Origin: a virus
Taxonomy: Duplodnaviria; Caudoviricetes
Length of the DNA stretch: 64,000 bases
Strand: one strand, 5' to 3'
Virus record (IMG/VR): IMGVR_UViG_3300046791_000095
Coordinates: 673-64,672 of that record
Within the stretch, counting starts at the first letter, position 1; each line of letters opens with the position of its first letter. Below are positions 46,058-56,534 of this stretch, in pieces. Both the position numbers and the translations under genes were made by a program. Under the pieces are notes generated by a model. The model was not told the origin of the DNA, made no database searches, and saw only the letters and a program-made list of their open reading frames with translations.

Positions 46058-47080
46058 CTAGGTAACGGAACTCTTGTTGTTGACGGACCGGATGATGCCG
46101 TTCGCCTTCTCGGCGAGAACCTCCAGCGTCACCTCGCCCACGACCAGACCAGCAACCGAGTCACCTCGCTTGCCGACAAGCTCGTGATGCACAGGGCGCA
46201 GCCACGCCAGACGATTGATCGCGCGAGACAGGAAGAACATCTGACCACCAGTCGCAGTCGCCGAAGCGGTCGCGGTCGTGGTGTTGGTGCTCTCCGGAAC
46301 CCACCGGTCGAGGACGATCTGGATCAGACCGAAGTCCGAGTCGTAGAAATCGATGGCGCCGATCAGCTTCTTGTCCACCGCCGCGATGTTCTTGGCGTAG
46401 ACGTTGCCGGCCGCAGCACCAGGGATCGAGAACGCACTGACCTGACGCTTCACCTTCGGGCTGACATACACCTGCTCCGGATTGCCGCCCGCAGCGTAGA
46501 TGGTGTTCAGCATGTCGTTGAAGTCGCCAACCGTCACGATACCGTCGTGAGTCGCATCACCAACCGTACCACCGTTGGTTCCCGCGAGCGAGGTATTGGA
46601 CGTGACGAACGACTGAAGGCCGCGCATCACACGGGCAGTACCGGAAGCACCGGTCGCCGTGGTCAGAGCACCGAAGACGATGGTCTCCAGCTTGATCGCG
46701 AGTTCCTTGGTCGCCTTCTGAACTTCGTAGGCGTACTGATCCGCGAAACCAGCGGTGTCCACTGCGCGCTGCGACTCCGACAGACCGATGTCCTTGCGGA
46801 GAATCATGGTCACGTTGAAGACGCGGCTTGGAGCAGTGGTCGTGTCCAGCGACCAGTCGGCACCTTCCACAGCACCCGCAGTCGTCTGCGTGCCAAGGGT
46901 GTCGATGAGCCACTGGTGGTAGATGTGACGGCAACCGACCTTCGGAGCCTGCGACACGAACGGCGTGTCATATGGAGAGATGTTGGTAATCTGCTCCAGC
47001 AGGTCCTCACGGGCGACGCCACTCTTCAGATCGGAGCCATCGAAGGCATACGAGCCGAAGTTGAAAGTGGTACCAGCCAT
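46058..47080 (-). CDS. major capsid protein (SU10/DUF5309-like)
   Basis: REDL..QI.NISPYDTPF, H.W..D.L, EGAD, N.T.I..K, R.M.GL, SDFG, TLEV..EKA. Confidence 0.9.
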   Translation of the reverse strand: MAGTTFNFGSYAFDGSDLKSGVAREDLLEQITNISPYDTPFVSQAPKVGCRHIYHQWLIDTLGTQTTAGAVEGADWSLDTTTAPSRVFNVTMILRKDIGLSESQRAVDTAGFADQYAYEVQKATKELAIKLETIVFGALTTATGASGTARVMRGLQSFVTSNTSLAGTNGGTVGDATHDGIVTVGDFNDMLNTIYAAGGNPEQVYVSPKVKRQVSAFSIPGAAAGNVYAKNIAAVDKKLIGAIDFYDSDFGLIQIVLDRWVPESTNTTTATASATATGGQMFFLSRAINRLAWLRPVHHELVGKRGDSVAGLVVGEVTLEVLAEKANGIIRSVNNKSSVT

Positions 47081-47129
47081 TGATGTACCTCGCAGCTTTC
47101 GCTGCTAGTGAGTGTTACTCCTTCCTGGC

Positions 47130-48326
47130 CTACTGTGGGCCGAAGACGGATGGGTCGAGAGGGATGATGGCTCGTCTGAACGCAGCCGCAGCGGGACTGC
47201 CCGGAGAATCGCCTTCACGACGCATTGCCTCGCGAAGCTGATCGATGTGCTCTCGGGTCGGACCTGACGCGTTCTGGTTCTCGTGCGCACCAGCACCACC
47301 AGCGGAACCAGTCACAACGCCCGCGTCTCTACGGGCTCGTTCGACTGCTTCCTTACGGACTTGCTCACGGGCGGCGAGATCGACTTCCTTCTCTTCCGCC
47401 TTCGTCTGCGCCGTCGCAGCAATCTGATCTCCGTGAGACTGGGCAAAGCCCTTCCACGCGAGTTCAGTTGCCTGAAGACGCTTCCCCTTTGCGAACAGCG
47501 CATCAACTGCGCTGGCAAGCAGCGGATCACTCTGAAGATTCAGAGCAATCTCCTCGGAGAACCGTTCAGAACCTGGATACTTGGTCTTCATGTGCTGATC
47601 GACCTCATCCCAAGCTGCACGGTCGGCCTCTTCCTGCTGATTACGGGAAGAAGCCACCTCCTGCGCTCTACTGTCGGCAATGGCTTCACTCAGATCACGC
47701 TGAGCCCTGCTCATGGCCTTCGAAGAATCCGCATCGAGAACGCCTCCGTTCTCGGTGATGTCCGACAGCACCTTGTCGTACTTCGCCTGGGCCTCGTCCA
47801 CACGCGCTCGCGAAGCGGTGAGTTCGGGCTTGGGCTGCGGAACCACGCCACCAGGGGTGGGCGCGGGCGCCTGACGTAGTCGGTCATTCATCTCGGCTAG
47901 CTGCTTGCGCAGACTGTCGGCCTCAGAGAATGCCTGCTTCGCCATATGCGTGAGGTGAACGCCTCCCTTGATCGCTTCCGTAACCGTCGCGTACTTGCGT
48001 GCGATGAGTCCCGTCTCCGGGTCACGCATCGACTCGTACACCGCGATCAGGTCTTCGATCTTCGGGGTGTCCGCCTTGGGACTGCCAGCATTTCCTGGAG
48101 CGGCTGGCGTGGGCGCGGGTTGTCCGGCCTTCGGCTGCGCTGCGGGGGCTGCTGCATTCCCGGGTGCTCCCTCGGCTGGAGCGGGTTGTCCGCTATTGTC
48201 CGGGGGTGGTGGGGTACCATGACCCCAGTTGATCTTGCTCATGGGTTCCATGACCTCTTTCTGAACCAAGGTCTTGGCGAGAAGGTCAGTGAGTTCCTGC
48301 TCTTCTCTACTGCGTCCGATGGACAT
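47130..48326 (-). CDS. capsid scaffolding protein
   Basis: Pro/Ala-rich plus coiled coil, directly upstream of MCP. Confidence 0.65.
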   Translation of the reverse strand: MSIGRSREEQELTDLLAKTLVQKEVMEPMSKINWGHGTPPPPDNSGQPAPAEGAPGNAAAPAAQPKAGQPAPTPAAPGNAGSPKADTPKIEDLIAVYESMRDPETGLIARKYATVTEAIKGGVHLTHMAKQAFSEADSLRKQLAEMNDRLRQAPAPTPGGVVPQPKPELTASRARVDEAQAKYDKVLSDITENGGVLDADSSKAMSRAQRDLSEAIADSRAQEVASSRNQQEEADRAAWDEVDQHMKTKYPGSERFSEEIALNLQSDPLLASAVDALFAKGKRLQATELAWKGFAQSHGDQIAATAQTKAEEKEVDLAAREQVRKEAVERARRDAGVVTGSAGGAGAHENQNASGPTREHIDQLREAMRREGDSPGSPAAAAFRRAIIPLDPSVFGPQ

Positions 48327-48541
48327 TACGACTCCTTTCGGCCCCGAGGTCGTCTCGTGCCTTCGAGAGGGTTACGCCGCTCACCACTGGAGACATACTC
48401 TCCACCGTGCGCAGCTTCGTTACGCTGCTCCGACAACATGATAGCGATGGCTTGCTTCCGGTTCTTCACCTTGGCGCCATGCTTTGAGCCGGAGTGGAGC
48501 GTCCCCGACTTGAACTTGTGCATCACTTCGCTTGAGGGCAT
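48326..48541 (-). CDS. DUF6496-like small basic protein
   Basis: VMHKFKSGTLHSG...KVKNRKQAIAIMLSE. Confidence 0.75.
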   Translation of the reverse strand: MPSSEVMHKFKSGTLHSGSKHGAKVKNRKQAIAIMLSEQRNEAAHGGEYVSSGERRNPLEGTRRPRGRKES

Positions 48542-48945
48542 CAGAATTCGTCCGGGTCCGCCTGCTCGGGCATAGCCGACTGATCGAGACCCACGACAGG
48601 CTTGACTTCACCGGTCGCACGTTTATGGTCGTAGAGTTGTTCGTTCGACATGCTCTCCATTGACTGATGGATTCTCTCCATGTTCGTCTCGGAGATGAGA
48701 AGATCGAAGAACTTCAATAGACCTTCACCGAAGGTGACGCCTCCTGCGAGGAAGTCATCCGGATACTGGTCCTTGCGCTGTTGTGAACGATCCTTCCAGA
48801 GAGTAGAGAGACTCCGGAGGATGTCCTCCATGTACGGCTTGAAGCTCTCCTGATACGCGGGAGAGTTGAGAACGAACTCGATCTGTCCAAGTTGAAGGGG
48901 ATCGAGCTTGCGTAGATCGAAGTATTCTCTGAAGTCACCCACCAT
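48541..48945 (-). CDS. hypothetical protein (head module)
   Basis: AAGGAGG RBS; between portal and scaffold. Confidence 0.7.
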   Translation of the reverse strand: MVGDFREYFDLRKLDPLQLGQIEFVLNSPAYQESFKPYMEDILRSLSTLWKDRSQQRKDQYPDDFLAGGVTFGEGLLKFFDLLISETNMERIHQSMESMSNEQLYDHKRATGEVKPVVGLDQSAMPEQADPDEF

Positions 48946-48961
48946 TGGGCGACCTCCTTTC

Positions 48962-50935
48962 TTACGCGGCTACGCCGGCTGGAGGAAGATTCTGGTTGAG
49001 GCTCGGAGGAGTGAGCAACGACGCCGGAGCGCCCATGCCCGCTGAACCAGCCATCCCCGACATGACCGACGGACCACCATTCGAAATCTGTCCCGAAGTC
49101 GGAATGCCCGAAACGCCACGCCCCATCATCATCTGCTGGAGTTGTGGGTTCTGGAGCATCTGCTGGAGCATCGGGTTGACAGCGAAGATTTCGTTGATGT
49201 TCGGGACTTCGAACGTGCGGAAGATGCCACGGAAGAAGTTCACTGCATTGATCTGTCCCATCAGAGACTGACCGAGAGGAGTACCAAGGGCCTGAAGCAA
49301 CGAGAGCAGATTCTGCTGCTGCATCTGCTTCGAGAGACCCATCGTCGCACCAAGGGCTCGTGCGGTGTACGACGGGAATAGGTCGTACGCGCTGAGCGTC
49401 TCTCGCGACGCGGGGATCGGCATGTTCGTGACTGGATCGATCTGAGAACCATCGCCGAGGATGAGCACTTCGACGGGCGGTTCGAGGAACTGCTTGGAGA
49501 GGGCAGCGAACATATTCGCCATCGGCTCCAGCATCGTCTCCTCGTAGATACGGGACTCCAGCATCAGGCGCGTGCCTGCTGCTTCACGGCGACCGATGAA
49601 CTCTCGGGCCGTCTGTCGTGAGTCTCCGCCAATACCCTGGACTGCATCGTCCACGATACCGGTACCCATCTGTAGGAACTCTCGAATCTGCGAAATCTTC
49701 TGATCCGCAACCGAGAGACCCTGCATGTACGGCTGCATCGGCATGATCGCGTTGCTCGGATTGCCGTTGAGACCAACGAAGCGTCCCGGGCGCGAGTAGA
49801 GATTGCGCGTCACGAGTCCGGCTCCACGGTCGTAGAACCACATCGGATCGATCATCAGGTCAGCCGCATCGAGCGACTGGTTCAGGTAGCGGTTGCCGAC
49901 GATCTGGAGCTTCTCGACGATCTCGGCCTTGCCCGGGGCGTAGAAGTAGTGCAGGTCCGGCGTAGGCGAGTAGGCGAGGAACGGAATCTGTCCGTGGTTG
50001 TACGGGTTCGGGCGATTCCTCATCATGTAGCGACGGTTTGCGACAGTGACCACGCGCGAGAGCACGCCATCCGGCGAAAGCTCGCTCGGGACCTTGCCCC
50101 AGAACTCCAGAATCTCGATAGGGCGCGAGTACTTGTCCATGAACCGGGCAGTCTCGTCATCCATCCCTGTGCGAACCTGGAACCGCTGGATCGACGTAAC
50201 GAGGGCACCCTGACCACCGCCGAGCGCGCCATCGCGCTCCAGCCGGCTGAGGGCTGCCTTGTCGAACGTGCCGATGGACGCGAGGTAGCGACAGTCATCG
50301 AGATCGAGGAAGTACCGGCGAACGACCCACTTCATGTCGCGTAGACGCGCGACCGTAGGCTGCGGGAAGAAGTCGAGCAAGTCCACCATGATGGACTCGG
50401 GGCCGTCGAACATGACGACCTTACCCTTGCGGATGTGGCGCACGACCTTGCCCGATAGGGGCATCCGGTCGATCTGCTCCATGATCCGTTCCTGCTCGTC
50501 GCGCTTCCATCCCACCTGCATCACGCAGACGCCGTAGAGTGAGCCGGCGACGATGGCATCCACCTGCTTGAGGAAGCCGTTGTCGTCCTTGAACTGAGCC
50601 GCGTTGAGCGCCTCCTGCTTGCGCGCGATAGCTGCATCCTCGGGTCCGTAGCCCATGAAGTTGACGGGCGGGTAGGACGAAAGTGAGGAAGCTGCCTTGC
50701 GGGCTGCATCAGCCCAGATCGCCGAGAAGATCAGCGGGATGTGTACGTTGTTCTTGTGCGGGTGGAAACGGCCGGACCAGGTTCCGCGCCAGAGATCGTA
50801 GAGGCGAGGGAACTTCGACCGGATGCCGTTGAACTGAGACTCGGAATGCTGTACGCACTCCACCACCATGTTGCACATCTGCTGCTCGTAGGCATAGGCC
50901 CCGGCTGCACGTTCGATGATCATCGACGAGATCAC
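48962..50935 (-). CDS. portal protein
   Basis: 657 aa; YGV...VGW, DFFP.P, EILEFWG, NPY.HG..PF, TA.E; Gln-rich C-terminus. Confidence 0.85.
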   Translation of the reverse strand: MISSMIIERAAGAYAYEQQMCNMVVECVQHSESQFNGIRSKFPRLYDLWRGTWSGRFHPHKNNVHIPLIFSAIWADAARKAASSLSSYPPVNFMGYGPEDAAIARKQEALNAAQFKDDNGFLKQVDAIVAGSLYGVCVMQVGWKRDEQERIMEQIDRMPLSGKVVRHIRKGKVVMFDGPESIMVDLLDFFPQPTVARLRDMKWVVRRYFLDLDDCRYLASIGTFDKAALSRLERDGALGGGQGALVTSIQRFQVRTGMDDETARFMDKYSRPIEILEFWGKVPSELSPDGVLSRVVTVANRRYMMRNRPNPYNHGQIPFLAYSPTPDLHYFYAPGKAEIVEKLQIVGNRYLNQSLDAADLMIDPMWFYDRGAGLVTRNLYSRPGRFVGLNGNPSNAIMPMQPYMQGLSVADQKISQIREFLQMGTGIVDDAVQGIGGDSRQTAREFIGRREAAGTRLMLESRIYEETMLEPMANMFAALSKQFLEPPVEVLILGDGSQIDPVTNMPIPASRETLSAYDLFPSYTARALGATMGLSKQMQQQNLLSLLQALGTPLGQSLMGQINAVNFFRGIFRTFEVPNINEIFAVNPMLQQMLQNPQLQQMMMGRGVSGIPTSGQISNGGPSVMSGMAGSAGMGAPASLLTPPSLNQNLPPAGVAA

Positions 50936-51537
50936 AGATATTCCTCCATGCCCTTACGGTAGAGGTCGGGCACGATGAGCGACGTGAAGCCGCTCAGATT
51001 GATGAGACCGCCGTCTCGACAGATGACTGCGAACAGGTCGCGTGTTAGGTGGACATCGTCCGCGCAGTAGTTGAAGAGTTGTCCCCAGAATCCTCTCCGG
51101 GCGAGTTCTTTTGCGTTGGAGCCGTGGTTGATCTTCCCTCGACCGAGGTTCTGTCGTGAGATTCGATCCAGCGTAAGATCGCCTTTTTGTCCACGTTTAC
51201 TTTGAGATGCATTCTTCCTCATCAGTTCTGCGAAGATGTCGTAGTGCTGAACGATCTTGAGTCGCCGTCCCACGAGTCCTTCGAGGCAAGGGAGATCGAA
51301 GTTCTCTGAGCAGAAACCTACGACTAGGTCTGCTGCCTCTAGGTGACGTGCGCACTTTGTTGCGCAATGATCGTCGTAGAGGTAGAGAAACCGCTCGTGC
51401 GTATCGTAGACGGCAATCGCTGAAGCACCACCTCTACCGGTACGGAGTTCATCCCAACCGGCTTCGTTGTCTTCTGGCCGAAGGTCCTCGGCCCAGAGCC
51501 GGGACTCGATGTCAAAGAAGACGATACGCGGTCTCAT
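50932..51537 (-). CDS. RNase H-like DEDD exonuclease (YprB-like)
   Basis: FFDIES, VGF...FDLP.L, HYDI, YCADDV.LT. Confidence 0.75.
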   Translation of the reverse strand: MRPRIVFFDIESRLWAEDLRPEDNEAGWDELRTGRGGASAIAVYDTHERFLYLYDDHCATKCARHLEAADLVVGFCSENFDLPCLEGLVGRRLKIVQHYDIFAELMRKNASQSKRGQKGDLTLDRISRQNLGRGKINHGSNAKELARRGFWGQLFNYCADDVHLTRDLFAVICRDGGLINLSGFTSLIVPDLYRKGMEEYL

Positions 51538-51573
51538 GCGAGCCCTTTCTGTTAGAAAAAGACACCAGTTTTT

Positions 51574-51777
51574 CTAACGTAGTCCTTCTGGACTGTCGGC
51601 GATGGTGATGCAGGAGATTCCGAAGTTGTTGTAGAGGACAACCACGTCATCTTCCATGACGAACTTGTGGAACGTGTCGGCCGGTTGGCCGATGATGTCG
51701 TGCGAGCGACACACGAAACTTGTGTCGATTCCCGTTCCCACGAGCCGTACGTAAATGGGTTTGACTGGTCTGGCCAT
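51574..51777 (-). CDS. hypothetical protein
   Basis: TGATG coupling; GAGG RBS. Confidence 0.55.
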   Translation of the reverse strand: MARPVKPIYVRLVGTGIDTSFVCRSHDIIGQPADTFHKFVMEDDVVVLYNNFGISCITIADSPEGLR

Positions 51778-53120
51778 CAGGTAGTCCTCATGAAGCGGTG
51801 GTCATTGTGAGCAATCTTGGCCGCAACTTCGGGGGTGACTGGGTTGGAGATGTCGGCCACCGTGAGCCCCAGGTCGTACGAAGTGTAACCACCGAGGGAG
51901 ATAGCAGGGCCGGTCGAGTTGGTAAACTGGACGAAGATCATCGTCCGGTAGAGTGGGTAGGCATCTTCAGCAGCACACGAGTCAATCGTAACAGTGGTTG
52001 CTTGGTTCGTCGCCGTTGCAGAGTCCACACTCCAATCGTGGATGTGCGATGCATCCGGAGTATTGTTCAGACTGTCTTTTCCGGTGCTTAGCTGCTGAGG
52101 ACCACCATCTGTCGCCGTGTGAGTATGTGCATCCTGAATCGGTTGACAGTTGGAGGCAGTGTGCGAGTGACTCGATGAGCCTCCCGTTGTGAGCACATCT
52201 CCATTGACACTTGAGCACTTCGCCCATCTTCCATCGAGGGCGGTGTAGCGTGCCCAAAGGGATGGAATCGAAGCGTTCGTGCTACTCCAAAGGCAGATGA
52301 CATTCACCGGGAGATCAACGATTGAGGGCGTGATCGCGTTCAAGAACGTGAAGAGTGGTTCGTGGTTCGTTGAATCGATGGTCGTCGTGACGGACTGGTT
52401 CGTTGCAGTTACACTACTGAACGTGAGATGATGGTTGTGCGTATGTGCAGAGAAGGTCGTCGTGAAGGTGTTGTTGACGACCGTGAACGTGTCACTGTTC
52501 CCAGTAGTCGCCGTACCAGTGTGCGCATTTTGCGTGTGGGTGTGGGCAGGGGAGGTGTGGACGTGCGTGTTCGCTCCACCACTTGCCCCACCATTTCCTG
52601 CCGCAGCAGCCCCCTTTAGATACTTGCCAGCAGCAGTACGCGACCAGTTCGTGGGGAGCGAGTCGCTCGCGAAGAAGGCGATACATCCGATGGGAAGACC
52701 GAGCGGTGTACCATTGCTCTTGATCCAGATGACTTCAAGATACCCGAGGTCGTTGACCGTCGTGTTGACCGTGATCGTGACGCTGTTGTTCGTCGCGATC
52801 TTTGCATCCGAGTCAGCAGAACCGTGTTGATGGATACTATCTGCGACATTATGTCGAGGGGTATTGGCAGCAGAGAAGTTGTCTGGCCCTAAATATCCAT
52901 TATCCGTCACGAGGTGCGTGTGGGAGTTCTGGATCGGGGTGTGTGCTGGAGAGGTGTGCGTGTGGTTGGCGTTCCCTCGGCTGGTCGAGAGATCAGTATC
53001 AGCGCCGGTTGCAGCACCTGCGACGTAGCGGCTATCGAGTTCCGTGACCCGTGTCCATCCTGCGGGGATGGATGCAGCAGTCGAGGGCCATGCGACTACT
53101 ACGTTAGCTGGAACCGCCAT
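51777..53120 (-). CDS. fibre-like protein with three collar/HxH repeats
   Basis: Three copies of P.....W...IP..W.R...G...HTH. Confidence 0.7.
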   Translation of the reverse strand: MAVPANVVVAWPSTAASIPAGWTRVTELDSRYVAGAATGADTDLSTSRGNANHTHTSPAHTPIQNSHTHLVTDNGYLGPDNFSAANTPRHNVADSIHQHGSADSDAKIATNNSVTITVNTTVNDLGYLEVIWIKSNGTPLGLPIGCIAFFASDSLPTNWSRTAAGKYLKGAAAAGNGGASGGANTHVHTSPAHTHTQNAHTGTATTGNSDTFTVVNNTFTTTFSAHTHNHHLTFSSVTATNQSVTTTIDSTNHEPLFTFLNAITPSIVDLPVNVICLWSSTNASIPSLWARYTALDGRWAKCSSVNGDVLTTGGSSSHSHTASNCQPIQDAHTHTATDGGPQQLSTGKDSLNNTPDASHIHDWSVDSATATNQATTVTIDSCAAEDAYPLYRTMIFVQFTNSTGPAISLGGYTSYDLGLTVADISNPVTPEVAAKIAHNDHRFMRTT

Positions 53121-53349
53121 GACGACTCTCCTTCAGGTAGTCCTGAAGTTCCGTGAGAGATTGAGTGATCTCTTTCACGAGTTCTCGAACATTGCTTCCC
53201 CAGGAGAATGAGGTCGTGTCGATGTTACGCGTGGGATTTTCACCGGCTAGGTCAGTGAGGACCTTGACCTGTCGAACCACGACGTACACATCGGAGACTT
53301 CGTTGAATACGGTGATCTGGCCAGGCTCTCGTTCGATGGTGATCTTCAC
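53104..53349 (-). CDS. hypothetical protein
   Basis: GTGA coupling. Confidence 0.5.
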   Translation of the reverse strand: MKITIEREPGQITVFNEVSDVYVVVRQVKVLTDLAGENPTRNIDTTSFSWGSNVRELVKEITQSLTELQDYLKESRHGGSS

Positions 53350-53579
53350 ATCGCCGCCAGTGCGTTGATGGCGCTCTGGATGGCATTTACTGCCGCCTGC
53401 ATGTCGGCGGTGAGAGCGTTCTTCGCAGCGGTCTGGTTCTGAACCGTCAGGAGACTCCAAACGGAGGCACCAAGTCCGTCGTCGAACCAGTCGTTGATGC
53501 GTTCCCGGTCGGCGACGATCTTGTTGAGATTGACGTTGATGATGACGACTTGAGCAGCTACGCCAGCAGGAAGAGCCAT
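53346..53579 (-). CDS. hypothetical protein
   Basis: GAGGT RBS after the terL stop. Confidence 0.6.
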   Translation of the reverse strand: MALPAGVAAQVVIINVNLNKIVADRERINDWFDDGLGASVWSLLTVQNQTAAKNALTADMQAAVNAIQSAINALAAM

Positions 53580-53586
53580 TGGAACC

Positions 53587-55539
53587 TCAGACAGGGTCTC
53601 GTGGAAGGATGTAGTCGTTATCCAGTCCGTCGCCACGGAGTCCGTCGCCGAAGAAACCCGCAGAGGCTAGCTCGTCACGGTCGGCCATCATCACGAGGAG
53701 TTCCTCGTTGGTGGGCGGCTTGCCGATGCTCTTGAGGTCTTGGTCCCACGGACGGATAGGCACAGTGCCTTCCTGACTCGGGATGCCTGGATTGGTGTCG
53801 GGTGGTCGCCAGAGTTGTGAGGTGAAGCCGTCGGCACCAGCGTCTGCAAGGTCGTCGAACATCGTCGTGTCCACTTTGACGATCTGATTGATCATCTTGC
53901 GGGCAGGGATGGGAAGGACGAAGTGCGGACACTGACGCTGCTTGTACGCGTTGCGCGTCGGATCAAACTCTGGAGGAGGACAGTTGCAGTTGTTCTTGTG
54001 AAGGAGGAGACGAACGTAACCTTCGGACCAGTGGCCGGCTGCGGTACGGATGCGGGCCTTCTTGTCCTTGGTGCGGTTCAGTTGGATGAACTGCTCGTCG
54101 CCGAACTGGAAGCCGGCAGTACGGAGGATGCCGAGGATTCGGTTCTTGTAGGTGCCAGACTTGCCGCCCGGCTCGACCTCGTCGGTGATGGCACGGATGT
54201 AGATACCTCGACGACGGAGGTTTAGGCAGACCTTGATCAGTTCTTTGTTGAAGTCCTCTTCGCGCCATTCGTTCGACGCGCAGAGAAGGTCCGTGTCGAG
54301 GTAGAGAACGCCGTTGTTGCGGGCGTCTTTGAGCCAGACCACGATGGCGGAGTCGTCACCGTGTCCGATGTTCTCCTTGTTCTTGAAGGCCGTGTCGATG
54401 TGAATGGTGGCCCATTCCACTTGTACATCCCACATGAAGTCGTGGTACGAGAGATAGAGCCACGGGATTTGATTTTCGACGAGCGGGGCATGCTCGCTTG
54501 CGCCCGGGTTGTTCTGCTGCTGGCAGGCGAAGTCTTCTGCATCGATCCGCTTGCGCTCCTCGATCATCTTCCGCGTCCAGAGCTTCGGATGCGTTGGTTC
54601 GCCAGTCAGTTCGTCTTCGGTCTGGTAGTAGTAGACGTGCCAGAGACCTTCACCGAACGGGACCTTGTCGAACATATTCATGTGGGGGCAGTCCATGCCC
54701 GACCATGAAGCGACACCTTCCTCGCGGAAGTGGCGACCAGCGATGTCGTCGTCGAGGTAACGGGTGGCCGTGAGGACACGGAGTCCGTTGACGTGGAGCG
54801 AGTTCGCCGAGGCGTTGAAGGCTTCGTGCTGACCACGGAGATAGGCGGTGCGGTCAGCCTTCAGCTTGTTCTTCTCCAGCGGGTCATCCCACCACGACTG
54901 GCGAGGATGGTAGCCGGTGGCTCCGATGCCGGCAGAGGAGGCATCGAAGGAGGGTTCGGAGATGTTGCGGGCACGACGGTAGCCGTGCTTGATGTAGTTT
55001 CGCGTACGCTCGTGCGCACCCGAGACCCAGTCGCCGTAGAGCCAGACGAACCACGAATCAGGATCGTGCTCTTTTCCCCCAGACATTACGGACAACTGTG
55101 ATTTGAGGATGTCGATGGAAAGGTCGTCAGTGGCCGATTGGATCAGCGTCGTCATGTCTGGATCATCAAGATGAGTCCAGAGTGATGCTGCCTTCGTCGA
55201 GGAGACGGTCTTACCGTAGCCACGAGGGAGGATCGAGGCGATGCAGTACTGTCCCGGCATGCCGGAGAGCGCATGCTTCTTCCACGCAAGTAGATGCATC
55301 TGAAGCCACTGCGTGTAGGGAACGTGGATCGGAGCGTAGAGCCACTGAGGTTCTGCTGGATGCGACTTGAGGAAGTACTCTGCTCCCCATGCCTTGTTCA
55401 GGAAGTACCAGAGGGAGTAAGGGTGCGTCCCCTTCTTTACTCCGTCTTCTCGGTGCCAGGAGTTGGGGGCGCAGATGGAGCGCCAAAGGAGCCTTTCCGC
55501 TTCAAGGTTCCAACCAATCGTCTGAGTAGCTTCCGCCAT
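53587..55539 (-). CDS. terL: terminase large subunit
   Basis: PRGYGKT, TGYH...WWDDP, ATRY..DD, F.CQQQN.P, IDTA....GDDSA, DDLADA. Confidence 0.9.
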   Translation of the reverse strand: MAEATQTIGWNLEAERLLWRSICAPNSWHREDGVKKGTHPYSLWYFLNKAWGAEYFLKSHPAEPQWLYAPIHVPYTQWLQMHLLAWKKHALSGMPGQYCIASILPRGYGKTVSSTKAASLWTHLDDPDMTTLIQSATDDLSIDILKSQLSVMSGGKEHDPDSWFVWLYGDWVSGAHERTRNYIKHGYRRARNISEPSFDASSAGIGATGYHPRQSWWDDPLEKNKLKADRTAYLRGQHEAFNASANSLHVNGLRVLTATRYLDDDIAGRHFREEGVASWSGMDCPHMNMFDKVPFGEGLWHVYYYQTEDELTGEPTHPKLWTRKMIEERKRIDAEDFACQQQNNPGASEHAPLVENQIPWLYLSYHDFMWDVQVEWATIHIDTAFKNKENIGHGDDSAIVVWLKDARNNGVLYLDTDLLCASNEWREEDFNKELIKVCLNLRRRGIYIRAITDEVEPGGKSGTYKNRILGILRTAGFQFGDEQFIQLNRTKDKKARIRTAAGHWSEGYVRLLLHKNNCNCPPPEFDPTRNAYKQRQCPHFVLPIPARKMINQIVKVDTTMFDDLADAGADGFTSQLWRPPDTNPGIPSQEGTVPIRPWDQDLKSIGKPPTNEELLVMMADRDELASAGFFGDGLRGDGLDNDYILPRDPV

Positions 55540-55934
55540 CTGAACTCCAGAGGACCGATGAGCTTCCGGTCGAAGGCTGCTTCGAGAGACACTTCAACGA
55601 CTGCCGGCGTCCCACCTGCGGCGTAGGCGTCGTCGATTGCCTCGTTGCGCTTGATCTCGGTGATCTCATCACGGTACTTGTTCTCGGGTAGATCACCCTT
55701 GATACCGTAGGCACGAGCGAGTTCGAGGATGTGCTCGGCCGGGATTGCAGCCGCCATGTACTCGGTGACCTGTTCCTTCTCGGTCATGTGGGAGAGTTTC
55801 TCGCGCTCTTCAGCGCGGTACTTGTCCCACTTCTCCAGCGTCCTCTGAGCGTGAATCGGGATGAGCTTGTGCTGTCGAGTCGCTTCCTGCTGAATGGAAA
55901 TCTCAGCCGGCTTCGGAACGATTGGGTCTTTCAT
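55437..55934 (-). CDS. hypothetical protein
   Basis: 165 aa; overlaps terL start by about 100 nt. Confidence 0.55.
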   Translation of the reverse strand: MKDPIVPKPAEISIQQEATRQHKLIPIHAQRTLEKWDKYRAEEREKLSHMTEKEQVTEYMAAAIPAEHILELARAYGIKGDLPENKYRDEITEIKRNEAIDDAYAAGGTPAVVEVSLEAAFDRKLIGPLEFRWRKLLRRLVGTLKRKGSFGAPSAPPTPGTEKTE

Positions 55935-56031
55935 GGATGCCTTTCTTCCAAGTACCGATCAGGATCAGCACCGTACTTGTAGATGAATTTCAGGGCTTCG
56001 TTGAAGTGTTCGAGCGTGATGACGCCGGGCT

Positions 56032-56220
56032 CTACCGGTGTCGGTGGCGCGGGCGTGGGCTCGGGCTCGGACATGGGACCCTGATGGTGTCGGGTGGGCT
56101 CGGGACGAAGATCGTGTCGGCAGGAGCGCCGGGGGCAGTCACGTAGATGTAGCGATGCTTCTCACAGGAGGCGACGCAGAGTCCGGTGAGGACGAGGATG
56201 ACGATGAGGAAGGTCTTCAT
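56032..56220 (-). CDS. small Pro-rich lipoprotein (o-spanin-like)
   Basis: Signal peptide with VASC lipobox; Pro-rich mature part. Confidence 0.55.
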   Translation of the reverse strand: MKTFLIVILVLTGLCVASCEKHRYIYVTAPGAPADTIFVPSPPDTIRVPCPSPSPRPRHRHR

Positions 56221-56534
56221 TGGTTCTCCCGATCACAGATGTCTGCGATCATTCGGTGGATGGAAAACAGGGCGGTCTGAACCGCCATCGTGTACGTGTC
56301 TTTGTACGACTCGACCTCTCGGTGATCAACGAAGATGTTGACAGAGAAAGAAGAGATTGGCATGAAGGCAGGAAGCTGAACATCACACGAAACTAATCCC
56401 CGAGGACTACTCTCTGGTGAAGTACGAGTGATAGTGTGTCGCGTAGGCTTGATGAAGATGAGATTCGGGTACCGCTTCATCAAGTCAGTTGGGACACACT
56501 CGTCGAGTGTCGGAATTTTGCACTCCAAATTCAT
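56217..56534 (-). CDS. hypothetical protein
   Basis: Coupled at both ends. Confidence 0.5.
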   Translation of the reverse strand: MNLECKIPTLDECVPTDLMKRYPNLIFIKPTRHTITRTSPESSPRGLVSCDVQLPAFMPISSFSVNIFVDHREVESYKDTYTMAVQTALFSIHRMIADICDRENQ

